A stretch of 64,000 nucleotides of DNA from Chrysomallon squamiferum (GCA_012295275.1 CM022666.1:8680001-8744000), one strand, 5' to 3'; positions 1-15,010 are shown, counted from the first letter of the stretch. Notes: a model not told the origin generated them from the sequence alone. Numbers and translations are program-made.

Positions 1-1152
1 TAATATTTTGTCACTTTGTAACTGGTATACGATATTTATGTACTTCGCTTTAAAACGTAATAAATATTTATGGGCGTGAAATATATACTCAATCGGCCAA
101 TTATAGAGCAAAGGCTGAAAAAAAGAAAAAGAAACCCGCTTTTCGCGGCATTAAATAAATTTTAAACAGATCAAATTTAAAGTGCACTTATTGTTGAAGT
201 TAATTAATTTACATAGATGAGATCAAATTCTGCTGAACGGTACATAATTTTACAGTTGTACATTTCACTGTTAAACTATTTTGAGATTTGGGAAACCGTT
301 CTTTTGTGTTTTTCTTCGTGTTTTTTCTTCAGACGAAAGTAAATAAACAGAAAAAGAAAGAAAAAAATTATATATATATATATTGAAAAAAAGAAGAAAA
401 TTAAAGAAATATAAAAATAAAGAGGAAATGTAAATAAATAAATAAATAAAAAAGGAACTAGAAGAATTTTTTTTTTAAAGAAATAAAGAAAATTACGCAT
501 GTATATATGCTTCTGTGTTTATGTTATACATACGTTTTTATATATACCATACAGATTTGTTTGAGTATGTGTAAGTGTGTATATGTGAGTGTGTATGTGT
601 GTGCGTATGTGTCAGTACAAAGACAGGTGTGTATATAAATATTATGTATAAAATTCCTATTTATGTCTGTTTCTTAGCTATATATCAATATACACACAGC
701 TAAATAATGACACATAGATATGCGCTGACATTCTTTCACAGACACAATTATATATATATATCTATCTATCTATCTATCTATATATATATATATCAGTACT
801 TAGAAAAATGTAAAATTAATCATATATTTATTATTAAATTACAAAAAATAGTTTAAAAACAAATAATAATAATAAAATAAAACAAGCAAATTAACACATA
901 AATAAATGAATGAAGTTTAAACAATAATTAAAAAAATATATATATATATAATAATATAAATAAATTTTGGATAATTAACGTAGTAATGAATTAATAATAT
1001 AGTATCTAAATTAATTTTTAAATTGAACAGAATAGAATACAAAAATAAATTTAAAACAAATAATGAAATAATATTATAATAAATTTATTATGATAACAAA
1101 ATAAAATAAAATAAAATAAATATGTAAACAAATGCATAAATATATAAGTTTA

Positions 1153-1187
<35 letters not shown>

Positions 1188-2146
1188 GTAAAGCAATAAA
1201 TAAATAAAGCAATAAATAAATATCAACAATATCAACTTATTGTGTGTACTTTTCATAAAAATGGTACTCAAAATTAAACTGCAATGAAATTGACAGCGTA
1301 GAGAATTGTCAGTTTCTCAAGTACCGTTATAAAAATGTACATTTCCTTTGTACAGTTTCCTTTGAGGAGGTCCTAATAATGAGACAGCGAATTCTAATAA
1401 GACCGATGTCTAATGAAAAGTGTTCTAGGGGTGGGGACATGCCAGAGACGACAGAAGCTTTCCCCTGGGTAACGCGAGCGAGGCGAAATGATTTCTATTG
1501 AAACAAGTAAACACGATAAACACACAGCGATGACCTTTGTAAAGTATCAACAATATCTTATATACGAAATGTCAAAACAAAATTTACGATATGATTTCAA
1601 CATGTCCGCAGAACGAAAACTCACATTTCAATAAAGCCGCGTAAAATGTGTTTGTTTTCTTTTGTGAGCTTGCCATAAATTTTCACATAAACCCCCCACA
1701 CCTCGAGTCCTTCAAGAGATTAACATTTTTCTCTTTTATTATTATTATTTTTTATTCTATATTCATTAGTTTGCAATGTATGTCTGATTTTGAAACGAAC
1801 GTCATTTGAGTATTAAACGGAATGAAAATATGATTTCTTATGCTAATACAGAAATTATTTGTTCAACTGTATTCATACTTAAAACATAATATTTTTATTT
1901 TCTATTTAATATTTCGAAGCGGTAATGTGGCAGGAAAGTATTTATTCATAAAAAAAGAGAAAAATGATAATATTTTGTGTGATAGCTTTATGGCTTCTGT
2001 TTCCTTATTTTTTATTTTTTATTTTTTTCTTCTATTTATTTCTATTATTTTCATGATAAAATTTTGTTTATCGACAAGGCCAAAAATGATATGTTTTTTC
2101 TGATGTTCTTATTATTATTATCATAATCATTATCATTATTATTATC

Positions 2147-2226
<80 letters not shown>
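2147..2226. repeat. (AAT)n microsatellite, representative of many AAT/ATT arrays (e.g. 7450-7504, 8766-8823, 16774-16870, 22081-22153, 42351-42419, 44815-44876)
   Basis: Pure trinucleotide arrays read directly from the sequence. Confidence 0.95.
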
Positions 2227-2228
<2 letters not shown>

Positions 2229-2809
2229 TGATCATGATTATTATTATATTGTCCGCTGGTGTCATTATATTTATTACATTTATTTTTTGTACTGTTGAAA
2301 TGACCAGTAATGTAAGAAATAATAAATAAGTGAATGAATGAAAAGATGAATGAAAGAATCAACAGTACTAAAACAACAAACAGTGTGTTTGATAATTAAT
2401 TCTGGGTGTAAAAGAAACGTGAATGTCTGACGAAAATAATTATCAAAATATGTATTTTGTGGCTGTTAATTTTTAAATTAAAATTTCTTTTCGCTTTCGA
2501 TTTTCTTCTGCTTTTTTTTTTTCGCTTCTTTATTTTCATTCTCTCCCCCTTTCTTTTTTCTTTTAATTTTTCTTTACATTCTTTTCATTGCTGTCACAGT
2601 CATTATCATTGATATAATGTCACTATTAGCGTTACAACTTCACCATTTTGATCATCATCGTCATTATTATTTGGGAGTTTTAATATTATAAAGTATAAGA
2701 CAATCGTGAAAATAAATAAATAAATAAAAAATAAAAACCCCAAAAGATGATAGTAAATAATAAATTCCCTGATATTTGTTAGTTAAATATTATAAACGGA
2801 CTGCAAAAA

Positions 2810-2840
<31 letters not shown>

Positions 2841-2899
2841 GGTTTTAAACTGTTTTATTGCTTAAATGTAGAAAACGGTGAACTATGGACAAAATGCTA

Positions 2900-3650
2900 A
2901 TTACATAATTACAACGACATCATGCTGGTTACCTAACGGTAATAACAACGTCACATGCACACCGGTAACGACCTGAGCCGATCTTGCATAACGGTAACGA
3001 CAGCGCGGTCTGTGGAGGACATTCATCTAAAGAAAAGATAACAACGAGGACAAAAAAGCCACGAAAAAGTGTCAGGATTAAAAACAGTTTAACGATAAAA
3101 ATCTGATCAGCATCAGCTCGGTAATCCCGCGCCATATTACGACAACGTTACGCTTTGCGGCACTCACCAGGGGTCGCTATTGTCCGCTGGTGTCATAACC
3201 GCGGTCACAGTGCTTTGGAAATCAAAAAGAAGGAACCTGTCGGAATTCAGAGCTCCTGCCATTTAGAACTGCCCTCGTTTGTTCTCGCTGCATTGAATTC
3301 AATCAGGGAGATTCGGACATTAAGTGGCCCATAGCTCCCTCGAACGTTAAGGAGCAATCATTAACCCAATTACGTCCCTTGCTTCGTTAAAGGAACGGTC
3401 CAATTGACAGTGATGTAACTTACCTCATTTCGGCCAATCAAAATAAAGTTAATTTTAGGAGCGGGGCAGCGTTGCGTAATTTCCTTTATGTCCAGTCCAC
3501 GCTGTTTTATGTAACGGCTTCCGCTTGGCTGGAAATTCGAGACATTTGCCCGAAGCATTAAATTTAATTTTGCCGTATCAGCAAAAGTAATACGCTTAAA
3601 TGTAAATAGGAGACGCAGAAAGAAACAAGTAATAGAATTTGCATCGAATG
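2900..3650. promoter_or_regulatory. CpG-rich unique block, candidate enhancer/insulator
   Basis: Non-repetitive CpG-dense island between microsatellites, with CTCF-like TCACCAGGGGTCGCTA (3164-3179), GGCCAATCA near 3432 and octamer ATTTGCAT (3637-3644). Confidence 0.4.
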
Positions 3651-4379
3651 GGTTGATGGTTTTCGTTTTGTTTTCCAGCATTTCATTTATTTGTATTTGT
3701 GTGAAAAAGTCGATGTCTTTAAAACACACTGACCCGATTTCCTAAAATTCATTTGTGTTTACTTTCTTGCCGTGTAAATTTATGTCAATAATAATAATAA
3801 AAAATACTAATTTTCAGTCTAAAACAAGAATTTCTATTAACGAAAGAAAATCCTAATTTTGGTTTTAAAACAAATAGTAATGAAATCTTATTATGTTAAT
3901 AATCACGTTACGTAAATTTAAAAGACAAACTAATAATGTTTTAAATTTTATATTCAGTGGGTCTGAAGAAAACACAATGCAAGTAGCACTACAGTTAACT
4001 TCACTATTATAATATAAGGAAAATTACCACAATAAACTACAAAACTACTATCAGTAGGACAGCCATAATAACAATAATAAATAAAAGAAAAAGATAAAAA
4101 ATGTAATGGTTTTAACTATAGTTATCATAACACAAGACGAATTGGCAGAATTAACAATACTGAGAATATAACGTAAAGAAAACTTCCAAAGTAATTTACA
4201 GTTATAGCGATCTGCCATTTGATTACAATTACAAATACAAGAAATATATGTCATGAAGCTTTATATAAAAGATATAAATTAAAAGCAAAAAAAAAAAAAA
4301 AAGAGACGACAATAAAACAACAACAGAAAAACAAAATAATACTTTTCTTCTTCGTCTTTTTTTATTATTATATTTATTT

Positions 4380-4410
<31 letters not shown>

Positions 4411-6339
4411 TTATTATTATTATTATTATATGATGACATAAATATAAGATATATTAACATGTCACAGAGTTTACATCACAACAAAATGCTATCGAATTTA
4501 AGTTGAAGAGAAACGGAAGAAAAAGACAAACAGAAAGAAAATAGCGTGCGAAGGAAAGACAAAAGAGAGAGAGAAAGAAAGAACGAAGAAAGAAAGAAAG
4601 AAAGAAAGAAAGAATTCAAATCACAATCTCAAAAAATTTAATTCAGAAGAAAAATAATTTACGTTGTTATGGAAACCCAAAAATCGGAGGTTGAATATTT
4701 TTACTTATTATCTCAGAAAATAAAAAAAGAGAAAACTCCAGCATTTTGACGAGTATTGGAAATGTTGGTGTAATGCATGCCCTCGAGTATAAGGGTTAAA
4801 ATAAGGTAAAAACAGAGAGAGAAAAAACTGGTAATTTATAAGCACATTGCCGTTATGTACGCAGTGGCCCAATATCAAACTGCACATAAATCTGTTTTCT
4901 TCTCTGTGTTATAAGCGTTAGGTTTCTAATTTAGAATAAAAACATACTAAAAAACAAAATATAAATGAAAAAAATTATACATATATAAAGAACAGAAAGG
5001 AATAGAAAAATAGAGTGAGGGAGGAAGGGAATTAGAAAGAGACAAAAAAACCCAGGATGGATGGAGTGAGTGAAAGCGAAGGAGAGAGGGAAGGAGATGA
5101 AGAGAGAAGGAGAAGGAGATAGAAAGAGGAGAGAGAGAGGAGAGAGAGGAGAGATAGAGAGAGAGAGAGGGCGGTTAGGGTGCTGGATTAAAAGAGGTAA
5201 AATATGAACGGCAGGGTTGTGCGTAAAATGTTTTATTTAGGTGAGTAGAGAAAATGAAATAAAAAGTAACAGTGATGTATCATAGAAAGTTGAATAATGG
5301 TGATATCGGAGTAAAAGAAGACAATGAGAGATAGAGAGAGAGAGAAAAAAACAACAACATATATACATATAATACTTAAACTAAAAGTGAGTCAATAAAT
5401 AAATACATAAATATAAAAGTAAGTAAGTACATAAATAATAATTTTTTTAAAAAAGGGTTAAGAATTTTTTCTTTAAATATCTAGCGTTTGGCAGTTTCAT
5501 AAATAGTGCAGTCTATTCTATATATTAAATTGTTACTGTATAAGACTACAGCAAATCAGCAAAGCGTAAATTGAGAACAAAAGACGAACGAACAAAATTT
5601 GTGAAAAATATAGCGAAATAAACAATTATAATAATCGTATTGAAAATAAATAAATAACCATGAAACTAAAAACAGCAGCAGCAGAAACGAAAACAACAAA
5701 ACAAAGGTAAAAAAAAAAAAAAAAAAAAAAAATGTAGAAATGCACAAATGGAAAAATGCAACAAAAATAGAGAGAAAGAAAAGTAGTAAACTTAGTAATA
5801 ACTGTAGTAACAAAGAGAACATTTGAAATTTTCATGAGGATAATTTGGATCCATCAATCGCTGTGTGAATTTCTTTATTTTTCCCATTCTAAACTTATTG
5901 GCGCTATTAGGTACACGTCGGTTAACAGTAGTTTGAAACAAACGAGCGGGACTGACAGTGAATTTCATTTCGCGTGCAAAGAAAGGCTCTGGGGAAAAGT
6001 AATTTTATATATAATATATAACCATTATCCCAGCAAACGATCTGACAAAGGGAATGGCGTTATTTTGTCATCGCGAACAAAGTGCCGCGAAAATAAAAAC
6101 AAAAATTAATTAATAATGAGAAAAAGACACGGGCAAAAAAACAAAAGATGTCCTTTGCTGCAATATACATAGTCTATTTCACACGTCAAATGATGTCCAT
6201 TATTGTGTTCGTATTGTATTGTTCGCCAACGCAAATCTACGACCATTAATAATTAACAAAACAAAAATAAAAAAATATATATAAAAAATAAAAATATGAA
6301 ATAAAATAAAAATAATAAAATAAAAGACAATTAAAAAAG

Positions 6340-7210
6340 AAAACAAAAATGTCCGCGGCAGAGGGCAACTTTACGTACGTTCTGACAGCAAAAAAAAAAA
6401 AAAAAAAAATAGAAGATAAAAAAAACCAGCAGGATGACTTTTAATATAAATGGTCAAAACAGTAGTTTATTTCTATTTAACATGTCGATTTCACTATAGG
6501 ATATGGCCGAGATACGGCGAAAAATACCGAGATGTTGTTACGAGTTGCTGGTAATTTCATTCTAGCGACAACGTAAATAAAGTTTTCGCGGACTTGGCCT
6601 GTTTTTGTATCCAAACGGATTCGCCAATCAAGACCCCCTACCAGCCTTGAATTTTTAGTGAGATTTCGATACGGGCATAAATTGCCAGTAATGGGAAAAG
6701 AATAAGCAAGAAATGAAAGAAAATGCAATAAAAGATTTCTACGGGCAGGTGGCGCTCGGGTCGAGCCTAACTCGTTTTCTCTCGCCAATCAACACGCTCA
6801 ATTCTATTTACCGCTTTTTCTTAGCTCGTGATTTCATTAGGCTTCGCCAATTACGCCGTAATCCGGTTCTTTTGACAAGTTCGGTCAAATCACGCGATTT
6901 CTCTCGGGATTTCACGAGAGATCGACGCCCTTGTTAGCCCTGTCGTGGAAAAGGACGTCTGAGAGATTGTAACGACATCGCAAATCGGAGCTGCCGTCGC
7001 GGTAAACACGACGTCTTTCTGAAAGTTACTAATTTATCCACGGCGAGAAGATCGCGGCCCGACTGGCCCTATTCCACAGAGGGGCTGACGTCAATTAACT
7101 GCGCGTCAGAAACATGCGCGAGCCGCGTCCCGCTGGGAGCCGCGTGCCGGCGCGAGCGCAGTGCAAGACGTTTTCGCGGACTTTCCTTTTTGTACCGAGA
7201 CACCACAAGA
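6340..7210. promoter_or_regulatory. CpG-island-like block, candidate promoter/enhancer
   Basis: Among the most CpG-dense non-coding segments here. It has CTCF-like sites at 6355-6368 and 6742-6755, TCGCCAAT three times (6621, 6782, 6844), a CRE at 7086-7093 and a CGCG-rich core at 7100-7180. Confidence 0.5.
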
Positions 7211-7445
7211 ACAAAAAAGAAAAAAGATTTGTTTCTAATTTATTTCAATCTAGTCGCGGTTGCAGTGGAAATTAATTTTATGTCCCCCGTCATCCATACA
7301 CATTAAAAAAAATTAAAACAAAATAAAAAAAAAAGTTATAAAGAAGAAAAAAGGAGATAAAAAAAGAAAGAAAGAAGTAATAAAACACAACAATAAGGAG
7401 GGAAAAAAAAGAAAAAGGAAAAGATTTAAAAAAAAAGAAAGACGG

Positions 7446-7505
<60 letters not shown>

Positions 7506-7959
7506 CCCCAAATAAGAACACAAGAACACAAAAAACCAACAACACAAAAGTTCCCTAAAAGAATAAAATCTGCAACATTACAACAACAGTGGATATAACA
7601 ACAACGACAACACAACTAAACTTTGTAACAGCAAACTGCACAAAATATTTTTAACAGCATTAAAGTTTACGTTTATTGTATTTTTGTTAGTTAAAATTAG
7701 TTAGTAAGTTTATAAATAAATAAAAACATAATTTAAAATCTTTTCTGAGCTATGTTTCAGAAAATTAGAATTATAAAACAACACCTAGTAAATACAATGA
7801 TACAGACCAAATACACACACACGCACGCACGGACACATATTCATACATACATACTTACAGAGATAGATATATACATTGATATATACACACACTAACTACC
7901 AACCTAAAACCATACGTAGTCAACTGTGGCAGTCTGTCATCATTTTATTGTATCATTTA

Positions 7960-8470
7960 TTATATACATACATACATTCATACATACATATATACATACA
8001 TACATTCATACATACATACATATATACATACATTCATACATACCTACATTCATATATACATTCATACATACATACATACATATATACATACATATATACA
8101 TACATACATACATACATACTTACATACATACATACATACATACATACATTCATACACACATACATACATACATACATTCATACATACATACATTCATACA
8201 TACATACATACATACATATATACATTCATACATACATACATATATACATACATATATACATATGTACATACATACATTCATACATATATACATATGTACA
8301 TACATATATACGTATATACATACATACATTCATACATATATACATACATACAATGTACATATATATATATTAATATACACACCTATATACAAACATACAG
8401 ACGTACATACATACATTCATACATGCACATACATAGACATACATTCATACACAGATACATATATATATAT
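7960..8470. repeat. Long degenerate (ATAC)n array
   Basis: About 500 bp of TACA/CATA/CATT units. Confidence 0.95.
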
Positions 8471-8515
8471 ATATCACATAGAAAGAAAGAATCGAGAAAA
8501 TAAATAAGTAAACGA

Positions 8516-8574
<59 letters not shown>

Positions 8575-8763
8575 TGTATATATGAGTATGTGTGTGTGCG
8601 TGTGTGTGTTAGGATATAAGATACAAATCTTTGTATGTTATTGGCATACCTTTACGTCATTCATATCTTTCCGATGATTGATATCATTATCATGGTTATC
8701 ATTAACAATAACAGCACCGGTATTCTCAAAAATAATATTACTATAACACAACAGTGTTTTGAT

Positions 8764-8826
<63 letters not shown>

Positions 8827-9929
8827 CCCTATAAATCAAAATATACTTCTCAGGCTGACAGTGTTAAAGTGATCTCTGTGACGTATATTCCATTGATGAC
8901 GTCATAAACATAATTAAGTTATAAATGTCATTATTAAAGGGTGTATTCTCCTTCTTTTCAAAAGAAATAAAGTCAAAATAAAAGATTCTACTAAAAAAAA
9001 AAATACAGCCGTTTGACAAAAGAAACTAGGAGGCACTGAAGAATCCATATTTTTCGTGATCAACTGGAGTTACAACTTTTTTTCTTTCTTTTTTGCCCTG
9101 CTCGTGAATAAACGTCCTAAGGGGGTCTTCTGGACACACAAATTGAAAGTCGTCGACTGGTGCAGCGTTCGTTTTGATGGCAGGAAATAGCCTTCGTGAT
9201 TAATTCACGTTAACACAACACAAGGGCCTCACATAAAGCGGCGATCAGAGAAAACTTTGACAAAAGAAACAACCGTAATCATTTCTCGAAAGCGCTGATT
9301 AGAAATGCGAGTGCGAAAGACGAATTTTTGATTTATTTACAGCTTCAGGGAAATTGACAATGTTTGTCTTGCCGCCATACTATTTTTTTTTTTTTTCTTT
9401 TAAAAAAAAAAAAAAAAAAAAAATAGCAGTTGGTTAAAATCTCGTTTCTCGCGAGATGTTTTATTTTCATTTTCTTTTTATTTTCTCGGTATCTCCGGAT
9501 TTTCGTAAATAAATGAACAACTTTGTATTATCTACTTTTTTTAACAAATATTTTATATCGTTTTATTTAATTTATTTATATACGCGACATTATAGAAAAA
9601 ATAGTATTAATAACAATGACAATGTCAGTGATAGTAGTAGTATTAGTAGTAGTAGAAGTAGTAGTAAATAAATTAATTAACACAAAATAAAAGAATAAGG
9701 ATTAAAATTAAACATTTTAATGACAAAGAACCAGACGATGTATAAATAGAACTTAAGAAAAAAGGAAAGGATTTAAATAAGAGGGAGAAAAAAAGAAAAA
9801 AGAAATCAAATATAAATAATAATAAAAAAAGAAAAGAAAAGAAAAAAAGAAAAAGAAGAACGAAAAGAAAAAAAATGAGATTAGCAACACGAAGAACAAA
9901 AGAAGTAATTTAAACCGGAATAAAAGAAA

Positions 9930-10260
9930 CCACGTGACGCGCAGACCCGGGTCGATCGACTCATGAAGAAACAATTTAATTTTCAATATGCTACTCAAAA
10001 GCGTGTTGATTTCAATTTTAGCGCGAAATCGCTCGCGCAAATGACCGTGTGCTCGGCAATTCGACAGAGGTGATGATTCGGAGCTCGGCAATGATCTCGA
10101 GTCGAGGCTGGCAGTTATTTGCATCACACAGCAGCGAGCCACGAGGGAATCAATTAGCTGCGTTCACTGGCGGGCTGCGATCCCAAATTAAGTTTCCACC
10201 CGTCAGCTCTGATTTATTCGTGAAATATTCATAGCTCACATACCTCGCTGGGTGGAACGG
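9930..10260. promoter_or_regulatory. CpG-rich block, candidate enhancer
   Basis: CACGTGAC (9931-9938), E2F-like GCGCGAAA (10021-10028), octamer ATTTGCAT (10117-10124) and CAATTA homeodomain cores. Confidence 0.4.
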
Positions 10261-12140
10261 GAAAAAAAACATAAAACGAGTTTAGAATGAAATATTTTAA
10301 AATAAAACAAAATAAAATAAAACAAAATAATGAAAAATAAAATAAAATAAAATAAAATAAACGAATAAATAAATAAATAAAATAGAAATAAGGAATAACA
10401 AACAAAATTAATAATAAATAAATGAATAAATCATAAACAAATGAATGAATAAATCATAAACGAATGAATAAATGAATGAATAAATAAATAAATAAATGAA
10501 CAAATAAATAAGGAAAAAATAAATAAATGTTTTAATTAGAAACGTATGTATTGAAAATTGGCTTAAAAAAATCTAACGCTGATAAACTTTAAAATAAATG
10601 AAAATATTTCCTTTTCTCGCAGAGTTTTTGATGATTGCACCTTCTGAATCTCTGTTAAAATTTAGATACTTTGGGCTGTTTATAAATTATATGAAAGAGT
10701 ACGTATGTGTGAAAGTGTGTGTGTGAATATATGCGTGGTTTATACTGGTACTGCTTCGAAAATCAGTCTGGAAATAGAAACATATCAAAGCTCAAAATCT
10801 TTAAAAAGCCGATTATCCGACTGTCAACAAATCAACGATTTCGACAGAGCAAAACAAAATCGTTTTAACTGAAATCTGCATTTTATTTTCTTTTTCTTTC
10901 ATTTTCTCTATTTCCGTCTGGACCGATAGTCAATTTGAAGTGTTAGAAAACGACCAAAAACTAATTTCCGGAGCGCCACCATCCGTAGTGGTTATCTCCC
11001 TCTAACGCAGGTTAATTACTTCAGCGTTATGACGTCATGCACAAGAGATGGGTGCTGATTGGTCCGAGGTTATAAGTGGCCGACATTTTCCCGGGAGAAT
11101 TCAGCGACAATTGTGAAGAGGGTCGGTCTAATTATTGTGAGGTCGCTGAAGCACCTGAAATTACATTTAACAGTCAAAACTGGTTGTTCATTACACAGAG
11201 AAAGTTCACAATTTGTGTTAGGTATACCCCAGAACAAAAGATATGACACAGATCTTTAGAAACTGTAAATACAAGATCATGGGTACATAACAAGTTAGGC
11301 TGAATGTCAGATTAAAAGGTTGCTGCATTAAAATTTCAAACAATACTCAATGTTATCCAAATGCTTATAGTATTGTTTACTAATTTCATATTTTTTTTTC
11401 TTTTCTTTTTTCTTTCTTTCTTTCTTTTTTTGACTTTTTCTTTTTCGTTATATTTATTTATTTTATTTTATTTTATTTTATTTTTTTACTTTTTTGTTAC
11501 TGGATGTATATAGAATTTCTAAATTAAAAAAATACATTATCTTTGTAATGTTGATTTACTTTTATTTTTAAACTGAAGTTACTCAGCTTTTATCTAATTT
11601 AAATTTAAAAAAATAATATTTTCAAGTTTTACATAATTTAAATACAAATAATTGTTTTCTCAACTTGTATGTAATTTAAATAAAAATAATATGTTTCCTA
11701 AAGTCTCGGATATTTGTTAGTTAAATATAAATGAATTGCAAAGTTAAATAAATAAATAAATAAAGGGAAAAAAGTCTCCCTATTTGAATATATCGTATTT
11801 AACAAAGTAATTTCCAAATTTAATATTTTAATGACTGAATTCTTGACTTAAACTTTGATATATAAATAAGGACGGTTTTCAAAAGGGCAACGCGTTTACA
11901 GAATGTTTTTTCGTCTTCTTTCTTTTTTTCATTTTCTTTTTGTCTTGATTTCTATTTGTATCGTCTCAAATTTTGTTTCTCTTAATGTTTTCTCACATTG
12001 TGTCCCTATATCATTCTGTTTCTCTCTTACTATCTGTTTAATCATTATATGTCTGTATCTCTCACACCTTATGTACATTGTATTATGCATATAATGATGT
12101 ATGTATGTCATTATGTATGTTATTATGTATGTACGTAAAT

Positions 12141-12229
<89 letters not shown>

Positions 12230-14196
12230 GTATGTATGTATGCTTGTATGTATATGTTTGTATATATGTATTTCTATCTCTTCTGTCTGTCTGGCTGTCT
12301 GTCTGTGCTCGTGTTCTCATAAATACACATTCATAACCATAACAAACATGAAAGTTTTTTGACCTACAAAACAAAGAACAAAATAAAAAGGAAAACTGCT
12401 AGAAACGATACAAACAAAGCGAGGAGTTTGTCACAGACGTCAACCTTTTTACAAACGCAGTTTCATATACACACTGACATTTCAGTCAAACTGTTAAAAC
12501 GTAATCAAATGCTAGCGTCATGGCGGTCATTATAGTAATATTTTCTATACAACTTGTTAACAACAATGGTAAGAGATGTTCGCACAAAGACGTCGATTGT
12601 CGCTAAACAATAGCAGTTTGTTAGAAAACATCATCTCGCTTTAAATGACAATGCGATAGTTTTTTTATAAATTATTTTTCCGTTTGTGGATGATTTATTT
12701 CGAAATTAATGCGACGCTTGATTTCAGTAAAATGTGATTACGTCTACCCTAAGCAAAATTTCTTTATTATGTTTCTGTCATTTGGTGAATTTTCTTTTAA
12801 AATTACTGTAATTCTGTTTTGTTCTTTTTTCTCTATTTTTTGTTCATTTATTCATTCATTTATTTATTTATTTATTTATTTATTATTATTATTATTTTTA
12901 GCTTATTTTTGAATTTTTTGTATGTGTGTCTGTGTTATTTTTGCATACATTTTTCTTTTAATGTGTATGTGTGACAACCACTATCTCTGTCACAATCATA
13001 GGTTAATGTCCACTACTATTAAAACTACCACCATCCCTTCATTATTACGACAACAACAATAACTACTACACCATTATCACAACTGCAACATCATTATTGT
13101 CTCTCTTCATCTGTTTGCGTTTAACTCTACAGACTTTTGTTTTAAAAATGTAAGAAATCTTTATTAACAATTCCAGGAATTTCAAGACGTGAAATTTGAA
13201 CCAAAATTCGTCTAGGAATGTTTCTGAACGCGCATTGTTCTCCTGCAGTCTCGAACAAAGTAGTAAACGAAGAACTTCTGAGGCGGCAACATGGCCATTT
13301 CCCCGAGGAAATATATCAATGGTCTGTCTGCTTTGTTTAGTCTTTAAGTCCCTTTTTGAATTATTTAAACACAGTTTGTTTTTTTAATGACAAATGGGAC
13401 CAGGACGAACCTTTTTGGTTTAAATATCAAAGATTCTTTTGTGCAGCAAAGTTTTACATTTTTTAATCGTTAGGGAAACGTCTATTGTTTTGCTGAAGTA
13501 AGTAGATAAGGCTAGCTATTTTTTTTTTTTTTTTTATTTTTTTTATGTTTTTAAAGTTTACATCTAAATTTGTTATCTGTATTTAACGTCTGTTATTGTT
13601 TGACATCTTTTAAACATTTATAAGAAAGAAGATAAGCGAGTCCAAGCATTTCAGAGACATCTTCTGAACGTGTCGTTTCCTAAATCATTTCCACCGACGA
13701 TCTGTCCATATGTTGTTTCTTTTTCATTTTCTTTTTTCTCTTCTTCAGTTTCCCCTGTTTATGTTTCTCCTACTCCCCTTCCTCCCCCCCCTCCTCCTCC
13801 TCCTCCTCCTCCTCCTCCTTCTTCTTCTTCTTCTTCTTCTTCTTCTTCTTTTACTGTTTTGGTAAATAGTCAAGGTACTTACTTGCAGGTATGTGTCCTT
13901 ATGTTTTAAAACTGTTATATGTATCTGTAATGTCTGTTATATGTGTGCGCGTCTGTACGTGTGTAATAAACATTGTTCATATATATTATTTCATATTTTT
14001 GTATGTTTCAATATTTGTATTTTCCACTCGTATATGTACTAATATATATTTATAATATGTGTCTGTATTATGTACAATATTTTTATAATGTGTAAGTGTC
14101 TATGTAAGGATTTCATATCAGTGTGTATATGTGCACATGTATGTATATGTCGGTGATACATACAAGAGTGTGTGCGTGTGCGTGTGTGTGTCCATA

Positions 14197-14259
<63 letters not shown>

Positions 14260-14577
14260 TGTGTGAACACATATATTTATATGTGTGTATGTCTGTATGT
14301 ATCTGTGTGTGTGTATGTATACAGTTATATACGTACATTGCCGTCTATTATATATTTATAACTGTAACTAAAACCACACACACACACACACACGCACACA
14401 CACACACACACACACGTATACCATTCCGGTACGTTACGTCTATGAGTGATTTTCGAGTTTGTGGTTAAAACACCAGCATGAGGAGACACGGATCAAAGGA
14501 TCAGTTCTTGTATGTGCTTTGTTGCGTGTATGAATATTCATTTATAAAAAAAAAAAAAAAGATAAACTGCCACTTGA

Positions 14578-14616
<39 letters not shown>

Positions 14617-14639
14617 AAACAAAAGATAAACGAGAAAAC

Positions 14640-15010
14640 ATTCTCACATTAAAATGCTAATAATCAGAAACGCATAGACGCAAATGCGCGTATGCACGCA
14701 CGTACGCACACATATTTTGTGCACGTGACTGCCCTCCGCCCCACCTCCTATAATCCATCCTGTTCGAACTTGCTTCTCAAAGACACATCCGTAAAACACG
14801 TGAAGCCGCAATCAAATATATTGCTATATTGACTTTAGCGCGTGCTACCTTTTCATGCGCGAATGTAGAACGCGAACTGACAGCGGTCACGTGCTGTGCA
14901 CGTGCACCGACGTCGTTCGTGGGTGAAGGCGAGTTTTCAGAAGTATTAACGATGCGACAGATTTCTCGCCCTAAGTACATTTCTTGGAAGCAGACGTCAT
15001 TGAAAATATT
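14640..15010. promoter_or_regulatory. CpG-rich block with clustered CACGTG E-boxes
   Basis: Several CACGTG sites (e.g. 14722 and ~14888) plus a CTCCGCCCC GC-box, in unique sequence. Confidence 0.35.
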
